Below are positions 12,001 through 24,000 of a stretch of DNA of 64,000 nucleotides, one piece after another; position 1 is the first letter of the stretch, and every line of letters begins with the position of its first letter. Both the position numbers and the translations under genes were made by a program. The stretch is from Mobula hypostoma (taxonomy: Eukaryota): the NCBI RefSeq assembly GCF_963921235.1, contig NC_086097.1, positions 183,274,001 through 183,338,000 on the forward strand, in the 5' to 3' direction. The notes beneath the pieces were generated by a model, which did no database searches, was not told the DNA's origin, and saw nothing but the letters and a program-made list of their open reading frames with translations.

Positions 12001-15000
12001 CCTCCTGCTTCCTTCCAAGCCTCGCCTGAAGTCTCTGCCTCCTGCCTCCTGCCAAGACTCGTCTCAAGTCTCTTGCCTCCTGCCAAGCCTCGCATCATGT
12101 CTCCAGCCTCCTGCCTCCTGCCAAAACTCATCTCGTCTCCAGCCTCCTTCCTCCTGCCAAGCCTCGCCTCGTCTCCAGCCTCCTGCGTTCTGCCAAGCCT
12201 CACCTCAAGTCTCTAGCCTCCTGCCTCCTGCCAAGCCTCACCTCAGGTCTCTGCCTCCTGCCTCTTGCAAAACTCGCCTCAAGTCTCTAGCCTCCTGCCA
12301 AGCCTCACATCAAGTCTCCAGCCTCCTGCCTCCTGCCAAGACTCATCTCAAGAATCCAGCCTCATGCTTCCTGCAAAGCCTCGCGTCAAGTCTCTGCCTC
12401 CTGCCTCCTGCCACCTCGCCTCAAGTCTGCAGCCACCTGCTAAGCCTTGCCTCAAGTCTCTAGCCTCCTGCCAAGCCTCGCATCGTCTCCAGCCTCCTGC
12501 CAAGCTTCGCCTCGTCTCCAGCCTCCTGCCTCCTGCCAAGCCTCAGCTCGTCTCCAGCCTCCTGCCAAGCCTCGCCTCATCTCTAGCCTCCTGCCAAGCC
12601 TCGCCTCGTCTCCAGCATCCTGCCAAGACTCGCCTCAAGTCTCCAGCCTCCTGCCAAGCCTCACCTCAAGTCTCCAGCCTCCTGCCTCTCCTCAAGTCTC
12701 TGCCTCCTGCCTCCTGCCATGACTCACCTCGTCTCCAGCCTTCTGCCAAGCCTCACCTCATCTCCAGCCTCCTGCCTCCTGCCAATCCTCGACTCAAGTC
12801 TTCAGCCTCCTGCCTCCTGCCAAGCCACGCCTCAAGTTTCCAGCCTCCTGCCTCCTGCCAAGCCTCGCCTCAAGTCTCCAGCCTCCTGCCTCCTGCCAAG
12901 CCTCACCTCAAGTCTCTGCCTCCTGCCTCTTGCAAAACTCGCCTCAAGTCTCTAGCCTCCTGCCAAGCCTCGCATCAAGTCTCCAGCCTCCTGCCTCCTG
13001 CCAAGACTCATCTCAAGGCTCCAGCCTCCTGCCTCCTGCCAAGCCTCGCCTCGTCTCTAGCCTCCTACCTCCTGCCAAGCCTCGCCTCAAATCTCTAGCT
13101 CCAGCCTCCTGCCAAGCCTCGCCTCAAGTCTCCAGCCTCCTGCTTCCTTCCAAGCCTCGCCTGAAGTCTCTGCCTCCTGCCTCCTGCCAAGACTCGTCTC
13201 AAGTCTCTTGCCTCCTGCCAAGCCTCGCATCAAGTCTCCAGCCTCCTGCCTCTTGCCAAAACTCATCTCGTCTCCAGCCTCCTTCCTCCTGCCAAGCCTC
13301 GCCTCGTCTCCAGCCTCCTGCGTTCTGCCAAGCCTCGCCTCAAGTCTCTAGCCTCCTGCGTTCTGCCAAGCCTCGCCTCAAGTCTCCAGCCACCTGCCAA
13401 GCCTCGCCTCAAGTCTCTGGCCTCCTGCCAAGCCTCACCTCAAGTCTCTAGCCTCCTGCCTCCTGCCAAGCCTCGCCTCAAGTCTCTAGCCTCCTGCCTA
13501 GCCTCGCCTCAAGTCTCCAGCCTCCTGCCTCCTGCCAAGCTTCGCCTCAAGTCTCCAGCCTCCTGCCTCCTGCCAAGCCTCACCTCGTCTCCAGCCTCCT
13601 GCCAAGCCTCGCCTCATCTCTAGCCTCCTGCCTCCTGCCAAGCCTCACCTCGTCTCCAGCATCCTGCCAAGCCTCGCCTCAAGTCTCCAGCCACCTGCTA
13701 AGCCTTGCCTCAAGTCTCTAGCCTCCTGCCAAGTCTCGCATCAAGTCTCCAGCCTCCTGCCTCCTGCCAAGCTTCGCCTCAAGTCTCCAGCCTCCTGCCT
13801 CCTGCCAAGCCTCACCTCGTCTCCAGCCTCCTGCCAAGCCTCGCCTCATCTCTAGCCTCCAGCCTCCTGCCAAGCCTCACCTCGTCTCCAGCATCCTGCC
13901 AAGCCTCGCCTCAAGTCTCCAGCCTCCTGCCAAGCCTCACCTCAAGTCTCCAGCCTCCTTCCTCCTGCCAAGACTCGCCTCAAGTCTCCATCCTCCTGCC
14001 AAGCCTCACCTCGTCTCCAGCCTCCTGCTTCCTGACAAGCCTCGCCTCAAGTCTCTGCCTCCTGCCTCCTGCCATGACTCACCTCGTCTCCAGCCTTCTG
14101 CCAAGCCTCACCTCCTCTCCAGCATCCTGCCTCCTGCCAAGCCTCGACTCAAGTCTTCAGCCTTCTGCCTCCTGCCAAGCCTCGCCTCAATTTTCCAGCC
14201 TCCTGCCTCCTGCCAAGCCTCGCCTCGTCTCTAGCCTCCTACCTCCTGCCAAGCCTCGCCTCAAATCTCTAGCCTCCAGCCTCCTGCCAAGCCTCGCCTC
14301 AAGTCTCCAGCCTCCTGCTTCCTGCCAAGCCTCGCCTGAAGTCTCTGCCTCCTGCCTCCTGCCAAAACTCATCTCGTCTCCAGCCTCCTTCCACCTGACA
14401 AGCCTCGCCTCGTCTCCAGCCTCCTGCGTTCTGCCAAGCCTCGCCTCAAGTCTCTAGCCTCCTGCCTCCTGCCAAGCCTCGCCTCAAGTCTCTGGCCTCC
14501 TGCCAAGCCTCGCCTCAAGTCTCTAGCCTCCTGCCTCCTGCCAAGCCTCGCCTCAAGTCTCTGGCCTCCTGACAAGCCTCGCCTCAAGTCTCTGCCTCCT
14601 GCCTCCTGCCAAGACTCGTCTCAAGTCTCTTGCCTCCTGCCAAGCCTCGCATCAAGTCTCCAGCCTCCTGCCTCCTGCCAAGACTCATCTCAAGTCTCCA
14701 GCCTCCTTCCTCCTGCCAAGCCTCGCCTCGTCTGCAGCCTCCTGCCTCCTGCCAAGACTCGCCTCGTCTCCAGCCTTCTGTCAAGCCTCGCCTCGTCTCC
14801 AGCCTCCTGCCTCCTGCCAAGCCTCAAGCCTGAAGACTCCAGCCTCCTGCCTAGCCTCAAGCCTGAAGACTCCAGCCTCCTGCCTAGTCTCAAGTCTGAA
14901 GAGTCCTGCCTCCTGCCAAGCCTCGCCTCAAGTCTCCAGCCTCCTGCGTCCTGCCAAGCCTCGCCTCAAGTCTCTAGCCTCCTACCTCCTGCCAAGCCTC

Positions 15001-18000
15001 GCCTCAAGTCTCCAGCCTCCTACCTCCTGCCAAGCCTCGCCTCAAGTCTCCAGCCCCCTGCCTCCTGCCAAGCCTCACCTCATCTCCAGCCTCCTGCCTC
15101 CTGCCAAGCCTCGCCTCAAGTCTCCAGCCTCCTGCCTCCTGCTAAGCCTCGCCTCAAGTCTTTAGCCTCCTACCTCTTGCCAAGACTCGCCTGAGGCCTC
15201 TAGCCTCCTGCCTCCTGCCAAGCCTCGCCTCAAGTCTCCAGCCTCCTGCCAAGCCTCGCCTCAAGTCTCCAGCCTCCTGCCTCCTGCCAAGCCTCGCCTC
15301 AAGTCTCTGCCTCCTGCCTCCTGCCAAAACTCGCCTCAAGTCTCTAGCCTCCATTCTCCTGCCAAACTCGCCTCAAGCTCTAGCCTCCTGCCTCCTGCCA
15401 AGCCTCACCTCAAGTCTCCAGCCTCCTGCCTCCTGCCAAGACTCATCTCAAGCCTCTAGCCTCCTGCCTCCTGCCAAGCCTCACCTCGTCTCCAGCCTCC
15501 TGCCAAGCCTCGCCTCATCTCTAGCCTCCTGCCTCCTGCCAAGCCTCACCTCGTCTCCAGCATCCTGCCAAGCCTCGCCTCAAGTCTCCAGCCTCCTGCC
15601 AAGCCTCACCTCAAGTCTCCAGCCTCCTGCTTCCTGCCAAGCCTCGCCTCAAGTCTCTGCCTCCTGCCTCCTGCCATGACTCACCTCGTCTCCAGCCTTC
15701 TGCCAAGCCTCACCTCGTCTCCAGCCTCCTGCCTCCTGGCAAGCCTCGAATCGTCTTCAGCCTCCTGCCTCCTGCCAAGCCTCACCTCAAGTTTCCAGCC
15801 TCCTGCTTCCTGCCAAGCCTCGCCTCCTCTCCAGCCTCCTGCCTCCTGCCAAGCCTCGCCTCAAGTCTCCAGCCTCCTGCCTCCTGCCAAGCCTCACCTC
15901 AAGTCTCTGCCTCCTGCCTCTTGCCAAAACTCGCCTCGTCTCTAGCCTCCTGCCAAGCCTCGCATCAAGTCTCCAGCCTCCTGCCTCCTGCCAAGACTCA
16001 TCTCAAGGCTCCAGCCTCCTGCCTCCTGCCAAGCCTCGCCTCGTCTCTAGCCTCCTACCTCCTGCCAAGCCTCGCCTCAAATCTCTAGCCTCCAGCCTCC
16101 TGCCAAGCCTCGCCTCAAGTCTCCAGCCTCCTGCTTCCTGCCAAGCCTCGCCTGAAGTCTCTGCCTCCTGCCTCCTGCCAAGACTCGTCTCAAGTCTCTG
16201 CCTCCTACCAAGCCTCGCCTCAAGTCTTTAGCCTCCTACCTCCTGCCAAGACTCGCCTGAAGCCTCTAGCCTCCTGCCTCCTGCCAAGCCTTGCCTCAAG
16301 TCTCCAGCCTCCTGCCCCCTGCCAAGCCTCGCCTCAAGTCTCCAGCCTCCTGCCTCCTGTCAGGCCTCGCCTCAAGTCTCTGCCTCCTGCCTCCTGCCAA
16401 AACTCGCCTCAAGTCTCTAGCCTCCATTCTCCTGCCAAACTCGCCTCAAGCTCTAGCCTCCTGCCTCCTGCCAAGACTCATCTCAAGCCTCTAGCCTCCT
16501 GCCTCCTGCCAAGCCTCACATCGTCTCCAGCCTCCTGCCAAGCCTCGCCTCATCTCTAGCCTCCTGCCTCCTGCCAAGCCTCACCTCAAGTCTCCAGCCT
16601 CCTTCCTCCTGCCAAGACTCGCCTCAAGTCTCCATCCTCCTGCCAAGCCTCACCTCAAGTCTCCAGCCTCCTGCTTCCTGCCAAGCCTCGCCTCAAGTCT
16701 CCATCCTCCTGCCAAGCCTCACCTCAAGTCTCCAGCCTCCTTCCTCCTGCCAAGCCGCGCCTTGTCTGCAGCCTCCTGCCTCCTGCCAAGACTCGCCTCA
16801 TCTCCTGCCTTCTGTCAAGCCTCGCCTCGTCTCCAGCCTCTTGCCTCCTGCCAAGCCTCGCCTGAAGTCTCTGCCTCCTGCCCCCTGCCAAGTCTCGTCT
16901 CAAGTCTCTGCCTCCTGCCAAGCCTCGCCTGAAGTCTTTAGCCTCCTACCTCCTGCCAAGACTCGCCTGAAGCCTCTAGCCTCCTGCCTCCTGCCAAGCC
17001 TCGCCTCAAGTCTCCAGCCTCCTGCCCCCTGCCAAGCCTCGCCTCAAGTCTCCAGCCTCCTGCCTCCTGCCAAGCCTCGCCTCAAGTCTCTGCCTCCTGC
17101 CTCCTGCCAAAACTCGCCTCAAGTCTCTAGCCTCCATTCTCCTGCCAAACTCGCCTCAAGCTCTAGCCTCCTGCCTCCTGCCAAGCCTCACCTCAAGTCT
17201 CCAGCCTCCTGCCTCCTGCCAAGACTCATCTCAAGCCTCTAGCCTCCTGCCTCCTGCCAAGCCTCACCTCGTCTCCAGCCTCCTGCCAAGCCTCGCCTCA
17301 TCTCTAGCCTCCTGCCTCCTGCCAAGCCTCACCTCGTCTCCAGCATCCTGCCAAGCCTCGCCTCAAGTCTCCAGCCTCCTGCCAAGCCTCACCTCAAGTC
17401 TCCAGCCTCCTTCCTCCTGCCAAGACTCGCCTCAAGTCTCCATCCTCCTGCCAAGCCTCACCTCAAGTCTCCAGCCTCCTGCTTCCTGCCAAGCCTCGCC
17501 TCAAGTCTCCATCCTCCTGCCAAGCCTCACCTCAAGTCTCCAGCCTCCTGCCTCGCCTCACCTCGTCTCCAGCCTCCTGCCAAGCCTCGCCTCATCTCTA
17601 GCCTCCTGCCAAGCCTCGCCTCGTCTCCAGCATCCTGCCAAGACTCACCTCAAGTCTCCAGCCTCCTGCCAAGCCTCACCTCAAGTCTCCAGCCTCCTGC
17701 CTCTCCTCAAGTCTCTGCCTCCTGCCTCCTGCCATGACTCACCTCGTCTCCAGCCTTCTGCCAAGCCTCACCTCGTCTCCAGCCTCCTGCCTCCTGCCAA
17801 GCCTCGACTCGTCTTCAGCCTCCTGCCTCCTGCCAAGCCTCACCTCAAGTTTCCAGCCTCCTGCCTCCTGCCAAGCCTCGCCTCGTCTCCAGCCTCCTGC
17901 CTCCTGCCAAGCCTCACCTCAAGTCTCTGCCTCCTGCCTCTTGCCAAAACTCGCCTCGTCACTAGCCTCCTGCCAAGCCTCGCATCAAGTCTCCAGCCTC

Positions 18001-21000
18001 CTGCCTCCTGCCAAGACTCATCTCAAGGCTCCAGCCTCCTGCCTCCTGCCAAGCCTCGCCTCGTCTCTAGCCTCCTACCTCCTGCCAAGCCTCGCCTCAA
18101 ATCTCTAGCCTCCAGCCTCCTGCCAAGCCTCGCCTCAAGTCTCCAGCCTCCTGCTTCCTGCCAAGCCTCGCCTGAAGTCTCTGCCTCCTGCCTCCTGCCA
18201 AGACTCGTCTCAAGTCTCTGCCTCCTGCCAAGCCTCGCATCAAGTCTCCAGCCTCCTGCCTCCTGCCAAAACTCATCTCGTCTCCAGCCTCCTTCCTCCT
18301 GCCAAGCCTCGCCTCATCTCCAGCCTCCTGCGTTCTGCCAAGCCTCGCCTCAAGTCTCTAGCCTCCTGCCTCCTGCCAAGACTCGCCTCAAGTCTCTGGC
18401 CTCCTGCCAAGCCTCGCCTCAAGTCTCTGCCTCCTGCCTCCTGCCAAGACTTGTCTCAAGTCTCTTGCCTCCTGCCAAGCCTCGCATCAAGTCTCCAGCC
18501 TCCTGCCTCCTGCCAAAACTCATCTCGTCTCCAGCCTCCTTCCTCCTGCCAAGCCTCGCCTCGTCTCCAGCCTCCTGCTTTCTGCCAAGCCTTACCTGAA
18601 GTCTCTAGCCTCCTGCCTCCTGCCAAGCCTCGCCTCAAGTCTCTGGCCTCCTGCCAAGCCTCGCCTCAAGTCTCTAGCCTCCTGCCTCCTGCCAAGCCTC
18701 GCCTCAAGTCTCTGGCCTCCTGCCAAGCCTCGCCTCAAGTCTCTAGCCTCCTGCCTCCTGCCAAGCCTCGCCTCAAGTCTCTGGCCTCCTGCCGAGCCTC
18801 GCCTCAAGTCTCTAGCCTCCTGCCTAGCCTCGCCTCGTCTCTAGCCTCCTGCCAAGCCTCGCATCAAGTCTCGTTTCTAGCTTATAGCCTGAAGACCCCA
18901 GCCTCCTGCCAAGCCTTATCTCTAGCCTCTAGCCTCAAGCCTGAAGACCCCATCCTTCTGCCTCCTGCCAAGCCTCGCATCAAGTCTCGTTTCTAGCTTC
19001 TAGCCTGAAGACCCCAGCCTCCTGCCAAGCCTCGCCTCAAGTCTCTGCCTCCTCCCTCCTGCCATGACTCGCCTCGTCTGCAGCCTTCTGCCTCCTGCCA
19101 AGCCTCTACTCAAGTCTTCAGCCTCCTGCCTCCTGCCAAGACTCGCCTCAAGTCTCTTGCCTCCTGCCAAGCCTCGCATCAAGTCTCCAGCCTCCTGCCT
19201 CCTGCCAAGACTCATCTCAAGTCTCCAGCCTCCTTCCTCCTGCCAAGCCTCGCCTCGTCTGCAGCCTCCTGCCTCCTGCCAAGACTCGCCTCATCTCCTG
19301 CCTTCTGTCAAGCCTCGCCTTGTCTCCAGCCTCTTGCCGCCTGCCAAGTCTCAACTCACGTCTTCAGCCTCCTGCCTCCTGCGAAGCCTCGCCTCAAGTC
19401 TCCAGCCTCCTGCCTCCTGCCAAGCCTCGCCTCAAGTCTCCAGCCTCCTGCCTCCTGCCAAGACTCATCTCAAGCCTCTAGCCTCCTGCCTCCTGCCTCC
19501 TGCCAAGCCTCGCCTCGTCTCCAGCCTCCTGCCAAGCCTCGCCTCAAGTCTCCAGCCTCCTGCCTCCTGCCAAGCCTTGCCTCAAGTCTCCAGCCTCCTG
19601 CCTCCTGCCAAGACTCACCTCAAGTCTCCAGCCTCCTGCCTCCAGCCAAGCCTCGCCTCGTCTCTAGCATACTTCCAAGTGTCGCATTAAGTCTCCAGCC
19701 TCCTTCCTCCAGCCAAGCCTCGCCTCAAGTCTCCTGCCTCCTGCCAAGTCACGCCTCACATCTCCAGCCTCCTGCCAAGCCTCGCCTCAAGTCTCCAGCC
19801 TCCTGTCTCTTGCCAAGCCTCGCCTCAAGTCTGCAGCCTCATGCTTCCTGCCAAGCCTCGCGTCGTCTCTGCCTCCTGCCTCCTGCCACCTCGCCTCAAG
19901 TCTGCAGCCACCTGCTAAGCCTTGCCTCAAGTCTCTAGCCTCCTGCCAAGTCTTGCATCAAGTCTCCAGCCTCCTGCCTCCTGCCAAGCTTCGCCTCAAG
20001 TCTCCAGCCTCCTGCCTCCTGCCAAGCCTCACCTCGTCTCCAGCCTCCTGCCAAGCCTCGCCTCATCTCTAGCCTCCTGCCTCCTGCCAAGCCTCACCTC
20101 GTCTCCAGCATCCTGCCAAGCCTCGCCTCAAGTCTCCAGCCTCCTTCCTCCTGCCAAGACTCGCCTCAAGTCTCCATCCTCCTGCCAAGCCTCACCTCAA
20201 GTCTCCAGCCTCCTGCTTCCTGCCAAGCCTCGCCTCAAGTCTCTGCCTCCTGCCTCCTGCCATGACTCACCTCGTCTCCAGCCTTCTGCCAAGCCTCACC
20301 TCGTCTCCAGCCTCCTGCCTCCTGCCAAGCCTCGACTCGTCTTCAGCCTCCTGCCTCCTGCCAAGCCTCGCCTCAAGTTTCCAGCCTCCTGCCTCCTGCC
20401 AAGCCTCGCCTCGTCTCCAGCCTCCTGCCTCCTGCCAAGCCTCGCCTCAAGTCTCCAGCCTCCTGCCTCCTGCCAAGCCTCACCTCAAGTCTCTGCCTCC
20501 TGCCTCTTGCCAAAACACGCCTCGTTTCTAGCCTCCTGCCAAGCCTCGCATCAAGTCTCCAGCCTCCTGCCTCCTGCCAAGACTCATCTCAAGGCTCCAG
20601 CCTCCTGCCTCCTGCCAAGCCTCGCCTCGTCTCTAGCCTCCTACCTCCTGCCAAGCCTCGCCTCAAATCTCTAGCCTCCAGCCTCCTGCCAAGCCTCGCC
20701 TCAAGTCTCCAGCCTCCTGCTTCCTGCCAAGCCTCGCCTGAAGTCTCTGCCTCCTGCCTCCTGCCAAGACTCGACTCAAGTCTCTGCCTCCTGCCAAGCC
20801 TCGCATCAAGTCTCCAGCCTCCTGCCTCCTGCCAAAACTCATCTCGTCTCCAGCCTCCTTCCTCCTGCCAAGCCTCGCCTCATCTCCAGCCTCCTGCGTT
20901 CTGCAAAGCCTCGCCTCAAGTCTCTAGCCTCCTGCCTCCTGCCAAGCCTCGCCTCAAGTCTCTGCCTCCTGCCTCCTGCCAAGACTCGTCTCAAGTCTCT

Positions 21001-24000
21001 TGCCTCCTGCCAAGCCTCGCATCAAGTCTCCAGCCTCCTGCCTCCTGCCAAAACTGATCTCGTCTCCAGCCTCCTTCCACCTGCCAAGCCTCGCCTCGTC
21101 TCCAGCCTCCTGCGTTCTGCCAAGCCTCGCCTCAAGTCTCTAGCCTCCTGCCTCCTGCCAAGCCTCGCCTCAAGTCTCTGGCCTCCTGCCAAGCCTCGCC
21201 TCAAGTCTCTAGCCTCCTGCCTCCTGCCAAGCCTCGCCTCAAGTCTCTGGCCTCCTGACAAGCCTCGCCTCAAGTCTCTAGCCTCCTGCCTCCTGCCAAG
21301 CCTCTCCTCAAGTCTCTGCCTCCTGCCTCCTGCCAAGACTCGTCTCAAGTCTCTTGCCTCCTGCCAAGCCTCGCATCAAGTCTCCAGCCTCCTGCCTCCT
21401 GCCAAGACTCATCTCAAGTCTCCAGCCTCCTTCCTCCTGCCAAGCCTCGCCTCGTCTGCAGCCTCCTGCCTCCTGCCAAGACTCGCCTCGTCTCCAGCCT
21501 TCTGTCAAGCCTCGCCTCGTCTCCAGCCTCCTGCCTCCTGCCAAGCCTCAAGCCTGAAGACTCCAGCCTCCTGCCTAGCCTCAAGCCTGAAGACTCTAGC
21601 CTCCTGCCTAGCCTCAAGTCTGAAGAGTCCTGCCTCCTGCCAAGCCTCGCCTCAAGTCTCCAGCCTCCTGCGTCCTGCCAAGCCTCGCCTCAAGTCTCTA
21701 GCCTCCTACCTCCTGCCAAGCCTCGCCTCAAGTCTCCAGCCCCCTGCCTCCTGCCAAGCCTCACCTCATCTCCAGCCTCCTGCCTCCTGCCAAGCCTCGC
21801 CTCAAGTCTCTAGCCTCCTGCCTCCTGCCAAGCCTCGCCTCAAGTCTTTAGCCTCCTACCTCTTGCCAAGACTCGCCTGAAGCCTCTAGCCTCCTGCCTC
21901 CTGCCAAGCCTCGCCTCAAGTCTCCAGCCTCCTGCCAAGCCTCGCCTCAAGTCTCCAGCCTCCTGCCTCCTGCCAAGCCTCGCCTCAAGTCTCTGCCTCC
22001 TGCCTCCTGCCAAAACTCGCCTCAAGTCTCTAGCCTCCATTCTCCTGCCAAACTCGCCTCAAGCTCTAGCCTCCTGCCTCCTGCCAAGCCTCACCTCAAG
22101 TCTCCAGCCTCCTGCCTCCTGCCAAGACTCATCTCAAGCCTCTAGCCTCCTGCCTCCTGCCAAGCCTCACCTCGTCTCCAGCCTCCTGCCAAGCCTCGCC
22201 TCATCTCTAGCCTCCTGCCTCCTGCCAAGCCTCACCTCGTCTCCAGCATCCTGCCAAGCCTCGCCTCAAGTCGCCAGCCTCCTGCCAAGCCTCACCTCAA
22301 GTCTCCAGCCTCCTTCCTCCTGCCAAGACTCGCCTCAAGTCTCCATCCTCCTGCCAAGCCTCATCTCAAGTCTCCAGCCTCCTGCTTCCTGCCAAGCCTC
22401 GCCTCAAGTCTCTGCCTCCTGCCTCCTGCCATGACTCACCTCGTCTCCAGCCTTCTGCCAAGCCTCGACTCATCTTCAGCCTCCTGCCTCCTGCCAAGCC
22501 TCATCTCAAGTTTCCAGCTTCCTGCCTCCTGCCAAGCCTCGCCTCGTCTCCAGCCTCCTGCCTCCTGCCAAGCCTCGCCTCAAGTCTCCAGCCTCCTGCC
22601 TCCTGCCAAGCCTCACCTCAAGTCTCTGCCTCCTGCCTCTTGCCAAAACTCGCCTCGTCTCTAGCCTCCTGCCAAGCCTCGCATCAAGTCTCCAGCCTCC
22701 TGCCTCCTGCCAAGACTCATCTCAAGGCTCCAGCCTCCTGCCTCCTGCCAAGCCTCGCCTCGTCTCTAGCCTCCTACCTCCTGCCAAGCCTCGCCTCAAA
22801 TCTCTAGCCTCCAGCCTCCTACCAAGCCTCGCCTCAAGTCTCCAGCCTCCTGCTTCCTGCCAAGCCTCGCCTGAAGTCTCTGCCTCCTGCCTCCTGCCAA
22901 GACTCGTCTCAAGTCTCTGCCTCCTGCCAAGCCTCGCCTCAAGTCTTTAGCCTCCTACCTCCTGCCAAGACTCGCCTGAAGCCTCTAGCCTCCTGCCTCC
23001 TGCCAAGCCTCGCCTCAAGTCTCCAGCCTCCTGCCCCCTGCCAAGCCTCGCCTCAAGTCTCCAGCCTCCTGCCTCCTGCCAAGCCTCGCCTCAAGTCTCT
23101 GCCTCCTGCCTCCTGCCAAAACTCGCCTCAAGTCTCTAGCCTCCATTCTCCTGCCAAACTCGCCTCAAGCTCTAGCCTCCTGCCTCCTGCCAAGCCTCAC
23201 CTCAAGTCTCCAGCCTCCTGCCTCCTGCCAACACTCATCTCAAGCCTCTAGCCTCCTGCCTCCTGCCAAGCCTCACCTCGTCTACAGCCTCCTGCCAAGC
23301 CTCGCCTCATCTCTAGCCTCCTGCCTCCTGCCAAGCCTCACCTCGTCTCCAGCATCCTGCCAAGCCTCGCCTCAAGTCTCCAGCCTCCTGCCAAGCCTCA
23401 CCTCAAGTCTCCAGCCTCCTTCCTCCTGCCAAGACTCGCCTCAAGTCTCCATCCTCCTGCCAAGCCTCACCTCAAGTCTCCAGCCTCCTGCTTCCTGCCA
23501 AGCCTCGCCTCAAGTCTCCATCCTCCTGCCAAGCCTCACCTCAAGTCTCCAGCCTCCTGCCTCCTGCCAAGCCTCACCTCGTCTCCAGCCTCCTGCCAAG
23601 CCTCGCCTCATCTCTAGCCTCCTGCCAAGCCTCGCCTCGTCTCCAGCATCCTGCCAAGACTCGCCTCAAGTCTCCAGCCTCCTGCCAAGCCTCACCTCAA
23701 GTCTCCAGCCTCCTGCCTCTCCTCAAGTCTCTGCCTCCTGCCTCCTGCCATGACTCACCTCGTCTCCAGCCTTCTGCCAAGCCTCACCTCGTCTCCAGCC
23801 TCCTGCCTCCTGCCAAGCATCGACTCGTCTTCAGCCTCCTGCCTCCTGCCAAGCCTCACCTCAAGTTTCCAGCCTCCTGCCTCCTGCCAAGCCTCGCCTC
23901 GTCTCCAGCCTCCTGCCTCCTGCCAAGCCTCGCCTCAAGTCTCCAGCCTCCTGCCTCCTGCCAAGCCTCACCTCAAGTCTCTGCCTCCTGCCTCTTGCCA

